This document shows, piece by piece, positions 45,551 to 54,995 of a stretch of DNA of 58,043 bases (position 1 is its first letter; every line of letters begins with the position of its first letter). The position numbers and the translations under genes are program-made. The DNA is from Candidatus Woesearchaeota archaeon (GTDB lineage Archaea; Nanobdellota; Nanobdellia; Woesearchaeales; JACPBO01): positions 1 to 58,043 of the forward strand of contig JACPBO010000011.1 in the NCBI GenBank assembly GCA_016180285.1, in the 5' to 3' direction. The notes beneath the pieces are model-generated. The model searched no databases and was not told the origin of the DNA. It saw only the letters and a program-made list of their open reading frames with translations.

Positions 45551-48223
45551 TTATTCTCCCATCAGCTCAATAATTTTTTTAACATTTATTATTCCTTTTT
45601 CAGATTTTGCAACATCAACATTATCCTCGCCATAGCTGAACTGTATTATCTTGCCTCCAGCATCCCTTACTGTGCCGTCATACTCTGCTTTCAGGTCCTG
45701 CATGGCATTTGCAAGCCTTCTGTAAAGGTAGCCTGATTTCGGAGTTCTCAGCGCAGTGTCCATCAGTGAATCTCTGCCAGTCATTGCTCCGAAAAAGAAT
45801 TCGCTCGGAGATAAGCCTGATTTAAAGCTGTTCTTGATGAAACCCCTGGCAGCAGGCCCATAATCATCCCTCTTAAAGCAGCTTAAAGTTCTTCCTATAT
45901 ATCCTTTTCCGATTCTTCTGCCGCGCATAGCCTGCTGTCCGACAATAGCAGCCATCTGCGCCATATTGATGATATTGCCTCTTGCTCCGGAAGCAGCCAT
46001 TATTGAAGTGTGGGCTTTCTTGTCTATAAACTCTGAAACTATTGTTCCGGCTGCGCTTCTTGTCCTGTTAAGCAGCTCAAGTATTTTCAATTCAAGGGTT
46101 TCAAGCATTGTTTTTCCAGGGAAGGTTTCGAGTTTTTGCTCGTGATACAGCTGTATAAGGTTCTGCACTTCCTCTTCTGAGCTGGCCAGAGTTTCCCTGA
46201 TTTTTTTCTTTGCTTCTTCTGGAAGATCAGTATCTGAAATCGCAGTTGAAAAGCCATAGCTAAGCAAAACTTCTATGCCGAGCCTGAACATCTTGCCCAG
46301 CAATTCAAGGGCATAATCAGCGCCATATTGCTTGTGCAGGTTTCTGAGCAATAAGCCGGATCCCTCGCCTAGATTTGCGCCATCCATGACGCCTTTTATA
46401 AGCTTGCCCTTTCTTATGAGGATATCCTTGTTGCCATCAACATCAGCAGCTTTTGACCTGCCAACATAATCAAAGTTATGGGGCAGCAAAACAGAGAATA
46501 TTTCCTTGCCGTCAACCTCGTTTTTGTCAGCCAGCCTTGAAAAATCAAAAACACCTGCGTTTGAAAGCAGATTAACAGCTTCATTTCTTTTTAATTTAAA
46601 TTCCCTTGTCAGCAGATAATTTCCTACTATTGCATCCTGTATGCAGCTTATTATGCTTAACCCGTTTCTGGGTGATATCAGCTGCGTCTGGACCTGCATC
46701 AGTATTTCAGCTTCAGCTCTTGCCTCTTCTGTCTGGGGAACATGCAGGTTCATTTCATCACCGTCAAAATCAGCATTATATGGAGCGCATACAGCAGGAT
46801 TCAGCCTGAAGGTTCTTCCACTCAGCACTTTTACCTTGTGGCACATCATGGACATTCTGTGCAGGCTTGGCTGCCTGTTGAAAATAGCAACATCTCCATC
46901 CATTAAATGCCTCTCAACAATATATCCCGGCTGCAGCTCTTCTACCAGCTGCTCCCTTGTCTCATCAGTTATTTTCTTCTTTTTTCCATCAGGCCTTACA
47001 ATGTAATTTGCGCCCGGGTATTTATTCGGGCCGTTTTGTACAAACTTCACAACATACTCCTTGTTCCAGTCCCTCAGTGTTTCAGGAACAGTGAGCTTCA
47101 TCGCAACAATCAAAGGAATTCCGACTTCATTGAGGTCAAGCATCGGATCCGGGCTTATAACTGTTCTTGACGAGAAATTAGTTCTCTTGCCGGCAAGGTT
47201 GTGCCTTATCCTTCCTTCCTTGCTTTTTATTCTCTCAGAAATTGTTTTCAAAGGCTGGCCGCTCCTATGCCTTGCAGGCGGCAGCTGCGCAACATCATTG
47301 TCAAAGAAAGTTGTGATGTGGTACTGGAGCAGATCCCATAAATCCTCTATTATTATTTCTGGCGCTCCGGCATTTATATTTTCAAACAGCCTTTGGTTGA
47401 TTCTCACAATATCGCCGAGCTTGTGCGTCAGGTCATCCTCGCTTCTCTCGCCGGATTCAAGTGTTATAGACGGCCTCATAGTGACTGGCGGAATTGACAG
47501 CACAGTGAGCACCATCCATTCAGGCCTTGCAAATTCAGGCTTTAAGCCAAATAATCTTATGTCTTCATCAGGTATTTTTTCCAGCCTTGTCCTGACCTCA
47601 ATAGGGCTCAGCCTTTTTTCTTCCTCAAGGAAAGTTGTTGGCTTTTCAACTATTATCTTTTTCCACTTGGCATTGCAGTGGGGGCATTTCTTAACGTTCT
47701 TCACGTATGTTACAATACTTTTTATCAGGGCTTTAGCCTCATATGTGCCTTTTTCTTTCTCTATTTTTTCAATCTCAGCAAGCGCCTTCTCAATTTTTGC
47801 TTTTGGAAGCATTATTCTGCCGCATTCCCTGCACGTTCCCCTAAGAATATCGGTTATATAGTTGACAAATTCTATATGGATCACAGGGCGCGCAAGCTCT
47901 ATATAGCCAAAATGCCCTGTGCATTCTTTCAGCTTTGAGCCGCAGGTCTTGCACCTTAACCCAGGGTCAATTACGCCGAGCCTTATGTCCATCAGGCCGC
48001 CGTCAACAGGATATCCTTCCTTATCATAAAGCTCAGGAGTCACAATCTTGACAGAAGCCATCTTTTTTATCATCTTGGGGCTCAGCATTCCGAATAATAT
48101 GTTCTTTACTTGCTTGTATACATAAATTTCCTGCTCTTCAATTATCACTTCTTTTTCAGCAGTTTTCTTTTCTGCCTCTTCAGCTATTCCAGCTTCCTTT
48201 TCCTTGTTTTTTTCTTCAGCCAT
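45551..48223 (-). CDS. rpoA1: DNA-directed RNA polymerase subunit A' (Rpo1N)
   Basis: 890 aa. Zinc motifs ([16 protein letters not shown]), catalytic [12 protein letters not shown], and a ~35-aa Lys/Glu-rich N-terminal extension. Confidence 0.96.
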   Translation of the reverse strand: MAEEKNKEKEAGIAEEAEKKTAEKEVIIEEQEIYVYKQVKNILFGMLSPKMIKKMASVKIVTPELYDKEGYPVDGGLMDIRLGVIDPGLRCKTCGSKLKECTGHFGYIELARPVIHIEFVNYITDILRGTCRECGRIMLPKAKIEKALAEIEKIEKEKGTYEAKALIKSIVTYVKNVKKCPHCNAKWKKIIVEKPTTFLEEEKRLSPIEVRTRLEKIPDEDIRLFGLKPEFARPEWMVLTVLSIPPVTMRPSITLESGERSEDDLTHKLGDIVRINQRLFENINAGAPEIIIEDLWDLLQYHITTFFDNDVAQLPPARHRSGQPLKTISERIKSKEGRIRHNLAGKRTNFSSRTVISPDPMLDLNEVGIPLIVAMKLTVPETLRDWNKEYVVKFVQNGPNKYPGANYIVRPDGKKKKITDETREQLVEELQPGYIVERHLMDGDVAIFNRQPSLHRMSMMCHKVKVLSGRTFRLNPAVCAPYNADFDGDEMNLHVPQTEEARAEAEILMQVQTQLISPRNGLSIISCIQDAIVGNYLLTREFKLKRNEAVNLLSNAGVFDFSRLADKNEVDGKEIFSVLLPHNFDYVGRSKAADVDGNKDILIRKGKLIKGVMDGANLGEGSGLLLRNLHKQYGADYALELLGKMFRLGIEVLLSYGFSTAISDTDLPEEAKKKIRETLASSEEEVQNLIQLYHEQKLETFPGKTMLETLELKILELLNRTRSAAGTIVSEFIDKKAHTSIMAASGARGNIINMAQMAAIVGQQAMRGRRIGKGYIGRTLSCFKRDDYGPAARGFIKNSFKSGLSPSEFFFGAMTGRDSLMDTALRTPKSGYLYRRLANAMQDLKAEYDGTVRDAGGKIIQFSYGEDNVDVAKSEKGIINVKKIIELMGE

Positions 48224-48236
48224 TTTTGTTTTTTAT

Positions 48237-50042
48237 TCAATATTTATTTTTTAAAACCAATTTCGGATAAATTCCAAGCGACTTCATTTCATCCATCAGC
48301 AGCTTGAATGCATAGCTTAATTCTATAAAGCTGATTTCAGTGTTCTCCCCGCATATAGGGCAGAAGCTTTTATTCTTGTACTCGTCATGAATTGCCAGCA
48401 GTCCGCATTCCTCGCAGACCGGCACTATTGTTTTGTCAGAATCAAATCTCTCTTTCAGCAGCAATGATGCGCCGTGGGCAACAAAAGTGTCTTTCTCCAT
48501 TTCTCCCAATCTTAATCCGCCTTCTTTTGCCCTTCCTTCTGTAGGCTGCCTTGTAAGCAGCTGTATAGGCCCGCGAGCTCTTGCATGAAGCTTATTTGCC
48601 ACCATATGCTTAAGCTTCATATAATACATGTCTCCTATAAAAATCTTTGATTCGAATGCCTCTCCCGTTATTCCGTTGTACATAGTTTCAGTTCCATTCT
48701 CTCTGAAGCCGAGTGAAAGCAGCTCTTTTCTAAGATTATCCTCTGTTTCAACATTGAAGGTTGTTCCATTCACATAGCGGCCGCTTAAAGATCCGACTTT
48801 GCCGCCGATCATCTCAATTAAATGGCTTATTGTCATTCTTGACGGGATTCCGTGCGGGTTAAACAGCAGATCAGGAACAATTCCGGAAGCAGTGAAAGGC
48901 ATGTCCTCTACAGGAACAATCAGGCCGATAACTCCTTTTTGGCCGTGCCTGCTTGTAAATTTGTCGCCTATTTCAGGTATTCTCTGGTCGCGAAGCCTTA
49001 CCTGCACTAATTTGTTGCCTTCTTCATTTTCTGTTATCAATACAAAATCAACTGCGCCTTCCTCGCCATGCTTTAAGCTGACTGAGCTTTCTCTTCTTGT
49101 TGAGGAAGCGAGATTATATTCATCTAAGCTGCTTAAGAATCTTGGCGGCGAGGTTTTTCCAATCACAACATCGCCTTCCCTGATATAAGCTTCAGGGAAG
49201 ATTATGCCGTCTCCTTCTAAAAATCTGTAATCTTTCTCGCTTTTATAGCCTTTGACATCCTTGTCAGGGACAGAAACTTCATCAATTAAGCCGCCGCTGT
49301 ATCTCAGCTCTTCAGCAATTGCCGGCCTGAAATAAGTGCTTCTTCCCAAACCGCGCTCTATGGATGCCTTATTCATTACAATTGCATCTTCCATGTTATA
49401 GCCTTTGAAGCTTGATATTGCAACTACAAGATTTTGCCCGGAAGGATGCTCATCATAATTTGAAGCAGCATACATCATGGTTGTTACAACAGGCCTTTGG
49501 GCGCTGTGCAAAATATTGACATCCATATCTATTCTCAATGAAAAGTTTGCAGCATACATGCCAATTGCCTGCTTCTGGTTTTTTGAGCCCATGTTAAGCC
49601 TGGCTGAAGGGCAGAAATTGCCATACGGCACAAGAGCAGCTGCCAATCCAAGATCTGCCAAAGGCGAAATCTCCAGATGTGTATGCTCTTTTGTTATTTC
49701 ATTTTCAAAGAAAGCCACCAGTGAATTCTCTTCTTCAAGCGCATCAATATTTTCTATAATGCCCTGCTGCACAAGGTCGTTCCATGTTAATTCGTTTTTT
49801 TGCAGCTGCTGCACATGCTTTTCAGTCAGCAGAGGCTCGCCATTTCTTACAACAATCAGCGGCCTTCTTACTCTGCCGCGGTTATTTTCTATAAAGATAG
49901 ACTCGCTTCGCTTGTCATAATAAATATTAACATTGCTTGAAACCTTGCCTTTTCTTCTTTCGGTTTTTATCCTTTCTGTAAAGTCAGCTGCATTTTCAGC
50001 TGTTCCGAGGAACTTCCCGTTTAAATAAACTTCTCCTGCCAT
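48237..50042 (-). CDS. rpoB1: DNA-directed RNA polymerase subunit B' (C-terminal part of Rpo2)
   Basis: 601 aa. SRHGQKGV, GLRLGEMEKD and a C-terminal zinc ribbon CEECG...CPICG. Confidence 0.95.
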   Translation of the reverse strand: MAGEVYLNGKFLGTAENAADFTERIKTERRKGKVSSNVNIYYDKRSESIFIENNRGRVRRPLIVVRNGEPLLTEKHVQQLQKNELTWNDLVQQGIIENIDALEEENSLVAFFENEITKEHTHLEISPLADLGLAAALVPYGNFCPSARLNMGSKNQKQAIGMYAANFSLRIDMDVNILHSAQRPVVTTMMYAASNYDEHPSGQNLVVAISSFKGYNMEDAIVMNKASIERGLGRSTYFRPAIAEELRYSGGLIDEVSVPDKDVKGYKSEKDYRFLEGDGIIFPEAYIREGDVVIGKTSPPRFLSSLDEYNLASSTRRESSVSLKHGEEGAVDFVLITENEEGNKLVQVRLRDQRIPEIGDKFTSRHGQKGVIGLIVPVEDMPFTASGIVPDLLFNPHGIPSRMTISHLIEMIGGKVGSLSGRYVNGTTFNVETEDNLRKELLSLGFRENGTETMYNGITGEAFESKIFIGDMYYMKLKHMVANKLHARARGPIQLLTRQPTEGRAKEGGLRLGEMEKDTFVAHGASLLLKERFDSDKTIVPVCEECGLLAIHDEYKNKSFCPICGENTEISFIELSYAFKLLMDEMKSLGIYPKLVLKNKY

Positions 50043-50043
50043 T

Positions 50044-51537
50044 TTATCTCACGCCCTTCAGCCCAAATGACTTTAGCTGCTTCAAAAGCTCAGTTTCATC
50101 TTCATTTTTTGTAACGCTGGCAAGCAGCGCAAGATTTTTCCTTAACCCGATGTTTGTTCCTTCAGGTGTTTCAATCGGGCATAATCTTCCAAGATGAGTG
50201 CTGTGAAGCTCTCTTGCTTCAAAATTTTCCTGCGATGCGCTTAATGGGCTGACAACGCGCTGCAGATGGCTCATTGTATCAAGAAAATTTATTCTTTGTA
50301 TGCGCTGGCTTATTCCTTTTCTCGAGCCAATCCATGCTCCGGTAGCCATGCTGCTGTAAAGCCGCTGTGTCAGCAGCTTGTTTCTTATCAATGACCTTAG
50401 AGGAGGAAATTTGCCTCTCTTTACATGGCGGTGAAAATTGTAAAGAAGGTCGCTTATCAGCACTTTTAAATCAACCCTGAAAAGGTCTGCAAGCGAATCT
50501 CCGCTTAACTTTAATCTCTTATTTGAATAATGATCCTTGTCATCAAGGGAAAGTTCTCCAGTTGAAACCTGTATGAATTTTTTCAGCATCTTGCACAGGT
50601 TGTATGCCTTGTAAATCCTGTCTTCTCTTTTTGTCCCAAGATGCGGCAAAAAGAATTTATCAATTATCTCGTACATCCTTTCAAGCCTTATCTCTTTGGA
50701 CTGAGTGATGCCTATTTTCTTTGCAATATAATCAGCTGCATCCTCCTCTGTTTTTATGTCGACAAACTCATAAAGATTGATAAGCACGGGGTCATACTGC
50801 TTTTCCTGGCTCACAAATTTCACAATATCTTCATCTTTTGTAAGGCCCAGCGCTTTCATTATTATTATCAAAGGCACTCTCTTAACCCTGGTGAAGGTCA
50901 GATAAAAAATTCCATCTTTCAGATGCTCAAGCTTATGAGGAATCTTATACGAGCCGTACTCTGAAAACATTTTACCGACAAACTCACTGACTCCCAGCTC
51001 GTCTTCTTCAACCAGCAGTTTGTTGGCAGCCAAATCTTCCACCTTAATTATCACTTTTTCAGTGCCGTTTATAACAAAGTATCCTCCTGGATCATTTGGG
51101 TCTTCGCCTTTCTCAACAAGCTCATCCTTTGACAGCTTATGCAGGTTGCAGAATTTGCTTTTCAGCATTACAGGAATAGAAGCTATCTGCGTCGGGAAGT
51201 TTTCCCTCTGCACTCCGTTGATATGCGAGCTTATCTCTATAAAGCAGGGCGCTGCATAAGTCATGTTTCTCAGCCTTGCTTCCATCGGGAAGATTTTATT
51301 TGTGCTGCCGTCAGCCTCTGTTATCTTTGGCTTTTCAATCCATATCTTGTCAAGCCTTATCTTGTATTCCTCTACATTTGAAGGAATTATTGTAGGCTCG
51401 ATAAGCTTATTTTCCTCGATTATAACCTGCAGCTCTTTTTCCATAAAATTATCAAAGCTTTCAATATCAGAATCTATAAAACTCTGTTCTGAAAAATACC
51501 TGTTTATCAGCGCATCCCTATTCAGCATCTGCCACAC
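50044..51537 (-). CDS. rpoB2: DNA-directed RNA polymerase subunit B'' (N-terminal part of Rpo2)
   Basis: 497 aa. N-terminal Rpb2 domains (FVINGTEKVI, HLGRLCPIETPEG). Its stop lies 1 nt before the rpoB1 start. Confidence 0.95.
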   Translation of the reverse strand: MWQMLNRDALINRYFSEQSFIDSDIESFDNFMEKELQVIIEENKLIEPTIIPSNVEEYKIRLDKIWIEKPKITEADGSTNKIFPMEARLRNMTYAAPCFIEISSHINGVQRENFPTQIASIPVMLKSKFCNLHKLSKDELVEKGEDPNDPGGYFVINGTEKVIIKVEDLAANKLLVEEDELGVSEFVGKMFSEYGSYKIPHKLEHLKDGIFYLTFTRVKRVPLIIIMKALGLTKDEDIVKFVSQEKQYDPVLINLYEFVDIKTEEDAADYIAKKIGITQSKEIRLERMYEIIDKFFLPHLGTKREDRIYKAYNLCKMLKKFIQVSTGELSLDDKDHYSNKRLKLSGDSLADLFRVDLKVLISDLLYNFHRHVKRGKFPPLRSLIRNKLLTQRLYSSMATGAWIGSRKGISQRIQRINFLDTMSHLQRVVSPLSASQENFEARELHSTHLGRLCPIETPEGTNIGLRKNLALLASVTKNEDETELLKQLKSFGLKGVR

Positions 51538-51754
51538 CCCTGTAAAATATGGTTTCGCCTGTTGTTCCGCTTTCTCTCACAACAATTATAACATCGCCTG
51601 CTTTTGGATCTAAATGCTTTATAGCAGGGTCATTCTTCATTATTTTCGGCAGCTCTTTCATAGAAATGTTGTATTTCCTGAACAGCTCTTCTTTCTGCTT
51701 TTCACTAAGTTTAGAGTGTTTTGGAACTAATGCGTGCTTGGTCTCTTTGCTCAT
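51518..51754 (-). CDS. rpoH: DNA-directed RNA polymerase subunit H (Rpo5)
   Basis: 78 aa. LVPKHSKLSEKQKEELFRKYNI...LPKI...DPAIKHLDPKAGDVIIVVRES.TTGE..FYR matches RpoH. First gene of the RNAP operon. Confidence 0.9.
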   Translation of the reverse strand: MSKETKHALVPKHSKLSEKQKEELFRKYNISMKELPKIMKNDPAIKHLDPKAGDVIIVVRESGTTGETIFYRGVADAE

Positions 51755-51777
51755 TTTGAATAACTATTCCTCCTAAA

Positions 51778-51809
51778 TATGAACGGGCCGGACGAGATTC
51801 GAACTCGCG
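51778..51809 (-). repeat. orphan duplicate of the tRNA-Lys 3' end (T arm plus 3' acceptor strand plus 6 trailing nt)
   Basis: The 32-nt string TATGAACGGGCCGGACGAGATTCGAACTCGCG is identical at 51778..51809 and 51894..51925. No matching 5' acceptor strand (GGGCCGG, minus sense) is present for the first copy. Confidence 0.8.
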
Positions 51810-51899
51810 GAGATTTTTAGTAAAAATCTCGTAAAAACACATGGAGCATAAAGCTCCATGCCGCATTGCGGCACTGATTTTTCATCTGCATATTATGAA

Positions 51900-52029
51900 C
51901 GGGCCGGACGAGATTCGAACTCGCGACCACCGCATTTCTGCGTTGCTTAAAAGTGCGGTGCTCTAAATGCCCATGAGTGGCTTCCAATAAGGATGCCCAA
52001 CTCGCATTTCCAGGCTGAGCTACCGGCCC
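51900..52029 (-). tRNA. tRNA-Lys (anticodon UUU) with two introns (D-loop, 44 nt; anticodon loop, 12 nt)
   Basis: Minus sense: GGGCCGG-UA-GCUC-AGCCUGG[44-nt intron, 51966..52009]UA-GAGC-A-CCGCA-CUUUUA[12-nt intron, 51936..51947]A-UGCGG-UGGUC-GCGAG-UUCGAAU-CUCGU-CCGGCCC-G. The mature length is 74 nt with a canonical cloverleaf. Confidence 0.72.
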
Positions 52030-52032
52030 AAC

Positions 52033-52118
52033 CGCCCTGGCCGGGACTTTCAATCGCTTTTTGAACCCGGGTTATAGCCGTGACAGGGCTAAGTGCTAGG
52101 CCGCTGCACTACCAGGGC
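52033..52118 (-). tRNA. tRNA-Asp (anticodon GUC) with a 13-nt intron in the T-loop
   Basis: GCCCUGG-UA-GUGC-AGCGGCCUA-GCAC-U-UAGCC-CUGUCAC-GGCUA-UAAC-CCGGG-UUCAAA[AAGCGAUUGAAAG, 52047..52059]U-CCCGG-CCAGGGC-G. The mature length is 73 nt. Only 3 nt separate it from tRNA-Lys. Confidence 0.8.
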
Positions 52119-52140
52119 ATTAGCGTGAAACAAATCCTCC

Positions 52141-52146
52141 TATAAA
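52141..52146 (-). promoter_or_regulatory. TATA box for the tRNA-Asp/tRNA-Lys transcript
   Basis: Minus-sense GTTTATAGG lies 23-28 nt upstream of the tRNA-Asp 5' end (52118), the standard archaeal TATA spacing. Confidence 0.5.
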
Positions 52147-52291
52147 CATAGCTTACGCAAGTATAGCAACGTCTATAGAAAGATAAGTATTGTCATAATA
52201 CGGGGGAAAATGCAACCCTTTATAAAGCTTGCGGTTTTTAAGATTTTAAATTAATATCTGCACATACAAACTAAACTTAATTAAAATTAAA

Positions 52292-52443
52292 TCCCCACCG
52301 CCGGACTTGAATTTGCCAAGATTTCTCAATGAAATCTTACCAGCAACATCACGGTCACAGCTGGTCATAGATCATCTCAGCCAGTATGGCAAGTCAAATT
52401 ATGACATCTACAGCCGTGCACTCTGCCATTGAGTTAGGTGGGG
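52292..52443 (-). tRNA. tRNA-Tyr (anticodon GUA) with two introns (anticodon loop, 52 nt; T arm, 28 nt)
   Basis: CCCCACC-UA-ACUC-AAUGGCA-GAGU-G-CACGG-CUGUAG[52-nt intron, 52356..52407]A-CCGUG-AUGUU-GCUGG[28-nt intron, 52312..52339]UUCAAGU-CCGGC-GGUGGGG-A. The C1:G72 pair and A73 fit archaeal tRNA-Tyr identity. The mature length is 72 nt. Confidence 0.72.
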
Positions 52444-52468
52444 ATTAAGAAAAGTATTTTATTATTTC

Positions 52469-52476
52469 TTTATAAA
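52469..52476 (-). promoter_or_regulatory. TATA box for tRNA-Tyr
   Basis: CTTTATAAAG lies 26-33 nt upstream of the tRNA-Tyr 5' end (52443). The same 10-mer recurs at 52218..52227. Confidence 0.5.
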
Positions 52477-52545
52477 GATTATTGTTTTTAATTTTAAATT
52501 GCTTTAGAGACATAACAAAACATGAAGACTGGGCAAAGAAAGTAT

Positions 52546-53049
52546 CTACGTTTTTATTGCCTTTCCATTTTTGCGTTCGATATATTCTGCTATAATCCGG
52601 CTTATGCCTTTTGTATAATTTCCATCAATTAATGTCGGAGGGGTTCCGTTTTTCCAGCTTGCAGAATGGATCTTTAATGTTTCCAGTGTTGAGTGGCCTG
52701 TGTCACGGGTAATCCTTATCATAGATCCGCTTGTGCTACCCGCATTTTTTGAAAAGTCATAGCGCACAACTGTCTGATCTTCATGATTTATGCTGAACCA
52801 GCCTCCTTTGTTCATATTATCCATAAACTTTTCACGTGTTGAAGCAGAGTCTATATTGACGTCATTAAGGAGAAAATCAATGCTGAATCCCTCGAAGAAC
52901 TTTTTAAAAGGAATATTAATGTTGAAATTAAAATGACTATTGCCGCTATATGCTTCTTTATAATTATTTTTGACATATTCTGCGGGATCCACCACATCAA
53001 TGCCGTAAGGCCGCATCATATGGCTTGCACTTTCATAAAATCTTTTCAA
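52546..53049 (-). CDS. hypothetical protein; the N-terminal ~90 codons lie upstream in another frame (frameshift, full gene would be 52546..53327)
   Basis: The track ORF starts at a TTG, and the same frame stays open upstream to about 53230. An ATG-initiated ORF from 53327 (MPKKFDESGFNALLEKYKDELDTYAIFLVLNERDIAVVKK) overlaps it. One extra A in the A6 run (T6 at 53208..53213 on the plus strand) fuses them. Confidence 0.5.
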   Translation of the reverse strand: MKRFYESASHMMRPYGIDVVDPAEYVKNNYKEAYSGNSHFNFNINIPFKKFFEGFSIDFLLNDVNIDSASTREKFMDNMNKGGWFSINHEDQTVVRYDFSKNAGSTSGSMIRITRDTGHSTLETLKIHSASWKNGTPPTLIDGNYTKGISRIIAEYIERKNGKAIKT

Positions 53050-53359
53050 TTTACCCGGGCTTTTTTTTATTACTTTTTCTATTGTGCTTTTTAAGCTTTT
53101 TTCAGAAGGATTAACAAGACCTTTAAATTTTTCTTCATCAATTATTTTTATAATTTTTCTTTTTTCTGCATTCTTAAAAATCTCTGCGAGCCAAGGCGGA
53201 TCATATCTTTTTTGACCACAGCAATGTCTCTTTCATTAAGCACCAAAAAAATAGCGTAAGTGTCTAATTCATCTTTATATTTTTCAAGCAGGGCATTAAA
53301 TCCTGATTCATCAAATTTTTTCGGCATTTTCTATTAGAAATCATTTGCTGTTTAAAAAT

Positions 53360-54796
53360 TTATCCTATCGTCGCGCTGTTTGACCTTGTGAAATATTCTC
53401 TTCCGGATGTGTCCCTGAACTTCACAACAGCAGACTTTAAGCTGAAGCCTCCGATCACAGAAAGCTTTGATTTGATCTTGTAAGTTATAATTCTCTCCTC
53501 ATTTTTCTCAACTGTGTCAAGCTCCCATTTCAGCATCGTGCCCTTTTTAGCGTCATACAAAATCTTGCTCGGAGCCAATGTTCCCAGATAATGCTCTTTC
53601 ATCACTTCTGCAATATTCGATACTCGGTCAATAACCCTTACATCATCAAAAGTTTTGTTGCTCCTGTTCCTCACGCTTATTATAACTTTTAATTCTGAAA
53701 TCCCGCCTTCTTCTGTTGCAACAACAACCGCCCTCTTTCTGGCGTAAATAGGGCTTCTGAAGATGTAATATGCAATTATGGCGATCGTTATTAATATTAT
53801 GATGCTCCAGAAGGGCCTGTATGTTGTAACAACCCTTACTGATGCTTTTTCCTTAGGGGCTAAAGTCAGGCTCCATTCCAGATATTTAACTCCGTCTTCA
53901 CTTACAGCTTTTGCTTTCGGGCTCGTTGCAGTGAACAGCCAGTAGAAAAGATGGGTTTTAACCTTGAAGTTTTCTGTCTTCCCAATATTGCCTTCGTTTG
54001 TGACAGTGTAATAATCAATAGCCTTCAAAAATTGTTTTTTAGATTCTTTTTCAGGAGTGAAAGTTGAATATTCTATAATGTCATAAATTTGTTTCTGCAT
54101 TTCTATCTCAGCGCCCTTCCATATCAATGTAACTTTTAGCTCGTCTGTTTTTGGCGCGGTATAAGGGTCTATTGAAAATACATATTTCAGAGATCTCTGC
54201 TCAAGAGGATTCAATGTGATTATGTCCTCTTTTTTCATTGTATCAGATGTTATCTTTACAGTCAGATCAGAAAGGTTAAGCCTGTTCCTGTTTTTCAGGT
54301 TAATTGTAACAACAGCATTCTGAGTTGGATCAACATGCTTAGGCTCAATATTTATGTCAACAATGGAAACTGCCGGCATGTATTGGTCCTGCCTGCTGCT
54401 GCCTGAGCTCAGATAGATATAAGCTATCTCTTCTACAGATTCTTTTGTCTTGTCTGATGTTATCCTTAGCTTAATTGGATAAACCCAGCCAATTGGCAGA
54501 TCCCTGAACGGGCTTAAAGAGATGTTCACAGTTGCAGTCTGCTTTGCAGCCACATCAATGCCGCTGATCCAGTCTTTCGGAGGGTCAGTCATTGCATTCC
54601 ACGATTCAATGCTTGAAAACCTGTATGTGTCTGTTGTTTCGCCGAGATTTGTTATGTTTACAAGAAAATTAGCGCTTTCTTCTATAAGGATCCTGTTGTT
54701 GACAACAGCCATCTTTACAGTGAATGATGCAGCATACGCCAACGGCAGGCAGATCAATGCCAGAACAAACACCAAAAAGATTTTGCTGAGTTTCAT
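53360..54796 (-). CDS. cell-surface protein with signal peptide and C-proximal TM anchor
   Basis: ATG at 54796 follows GAGGA. Signal-like MKLSKIFLVFVLALICLPLAYAAS, beta-rich repeats with many N-x-S/T sequons, and a TM helix FWSIIILITIAIIAYYIF. Confidence 0.6.
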   Translation of the reverse strand: MKLSKIFLVFVLALICLPLAYAASFTVKMAVVNNRILIEESANFLVNITNLGETTDTYRFSSIESWNAMTDPPKDWISGIDVAAKQTATVNISLSPFRDLPIGWVYPIKLRITSDKTKESVEEIAYIYLSSGSSRQDQYMPAVSIVDINIEPKHVDPTQNAVVTINLKNRNRLNLSDLTVKITSDTMKKEDIITLNPLEQRSLKYVFSIDPYTAPKTDELKVTLIWKGAEIEMQKQIYDIIEYSTFTPEKESKKQFLKAIDYYTVTNEGNIGKTENFKVKTHLFYWLFTATSPKAKAVSEDGVKYLEWSLTLAPKEKASVRVVTTYRPFWSIIILITIAIIAYYIFRSPIYARKRAVVVATEEGGISELKVIISVRNRSNKTFDDVRVIDRVSNIAEVMKEHYLGTLAPSKILYDAKKGTMLKWELDTVEKNEERIITYKIKSKLSVIGGFSLKSAVVKFRDTSGREYFTRSNSATIG

Positions 54797-54887
54797 TTTT
54801 AATCCTCTTTTAACAAGCAATATCAATAAACAACACATGATTAATCTTTTTCATTCAAAACATATATATAAATATTTGCTTTTTAAG

Positions 54888-54960
54888 TGGGGCTGCCGTG
54901 ATTTGAACACGGGCCGCTACCACCCCAAGGTAGAATTCTACCAAGCTATACTACAGCCCC
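54888..54960 (-). tRNA. tRNA-Pro (anticodon GGG)
   Basis: GGGGCUG-UA-GUAU-AGCUUGGUA-GAAU-U-CUACC-UUGGGGU-GGUAG-CGGC-CCGUG-UUCAAAU-CACGG-CAGCCCC-A. 73 nt, no intron. Confidence 0.88.
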
Positions 54961-54995
54961 AAAAACCGCTAATTGCTCATTCGTCATAAACTGCC

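Noticed and set aside
47061-47861. 266-aa plus-strand ORF inside rpoA1, plus many similar antisense ORFs inside gltX, fusA, rpoB1/B2, rpoA2 and the thermosome gene
   Set aside because: All lie antisense to strongly supported conserved genes. They translate to Ser/Phe/Leu/Ile-rich low-complexity peptides typical of antisense frames in AT-rich coding DNA, and they lack RBS or promoter motifs.
51810-51893. A fourth tRNA gene between tRNA-Lys and rpoH
   Set aside because: A T arm and 3' acceptor strand are present as the duplicated 32-mer. There is no 5' acceptor strand (GGGCCGG, minus sense), no D arm, and the hairpin loops are 3-5 nt rather than a 7-nt anticodon loop.
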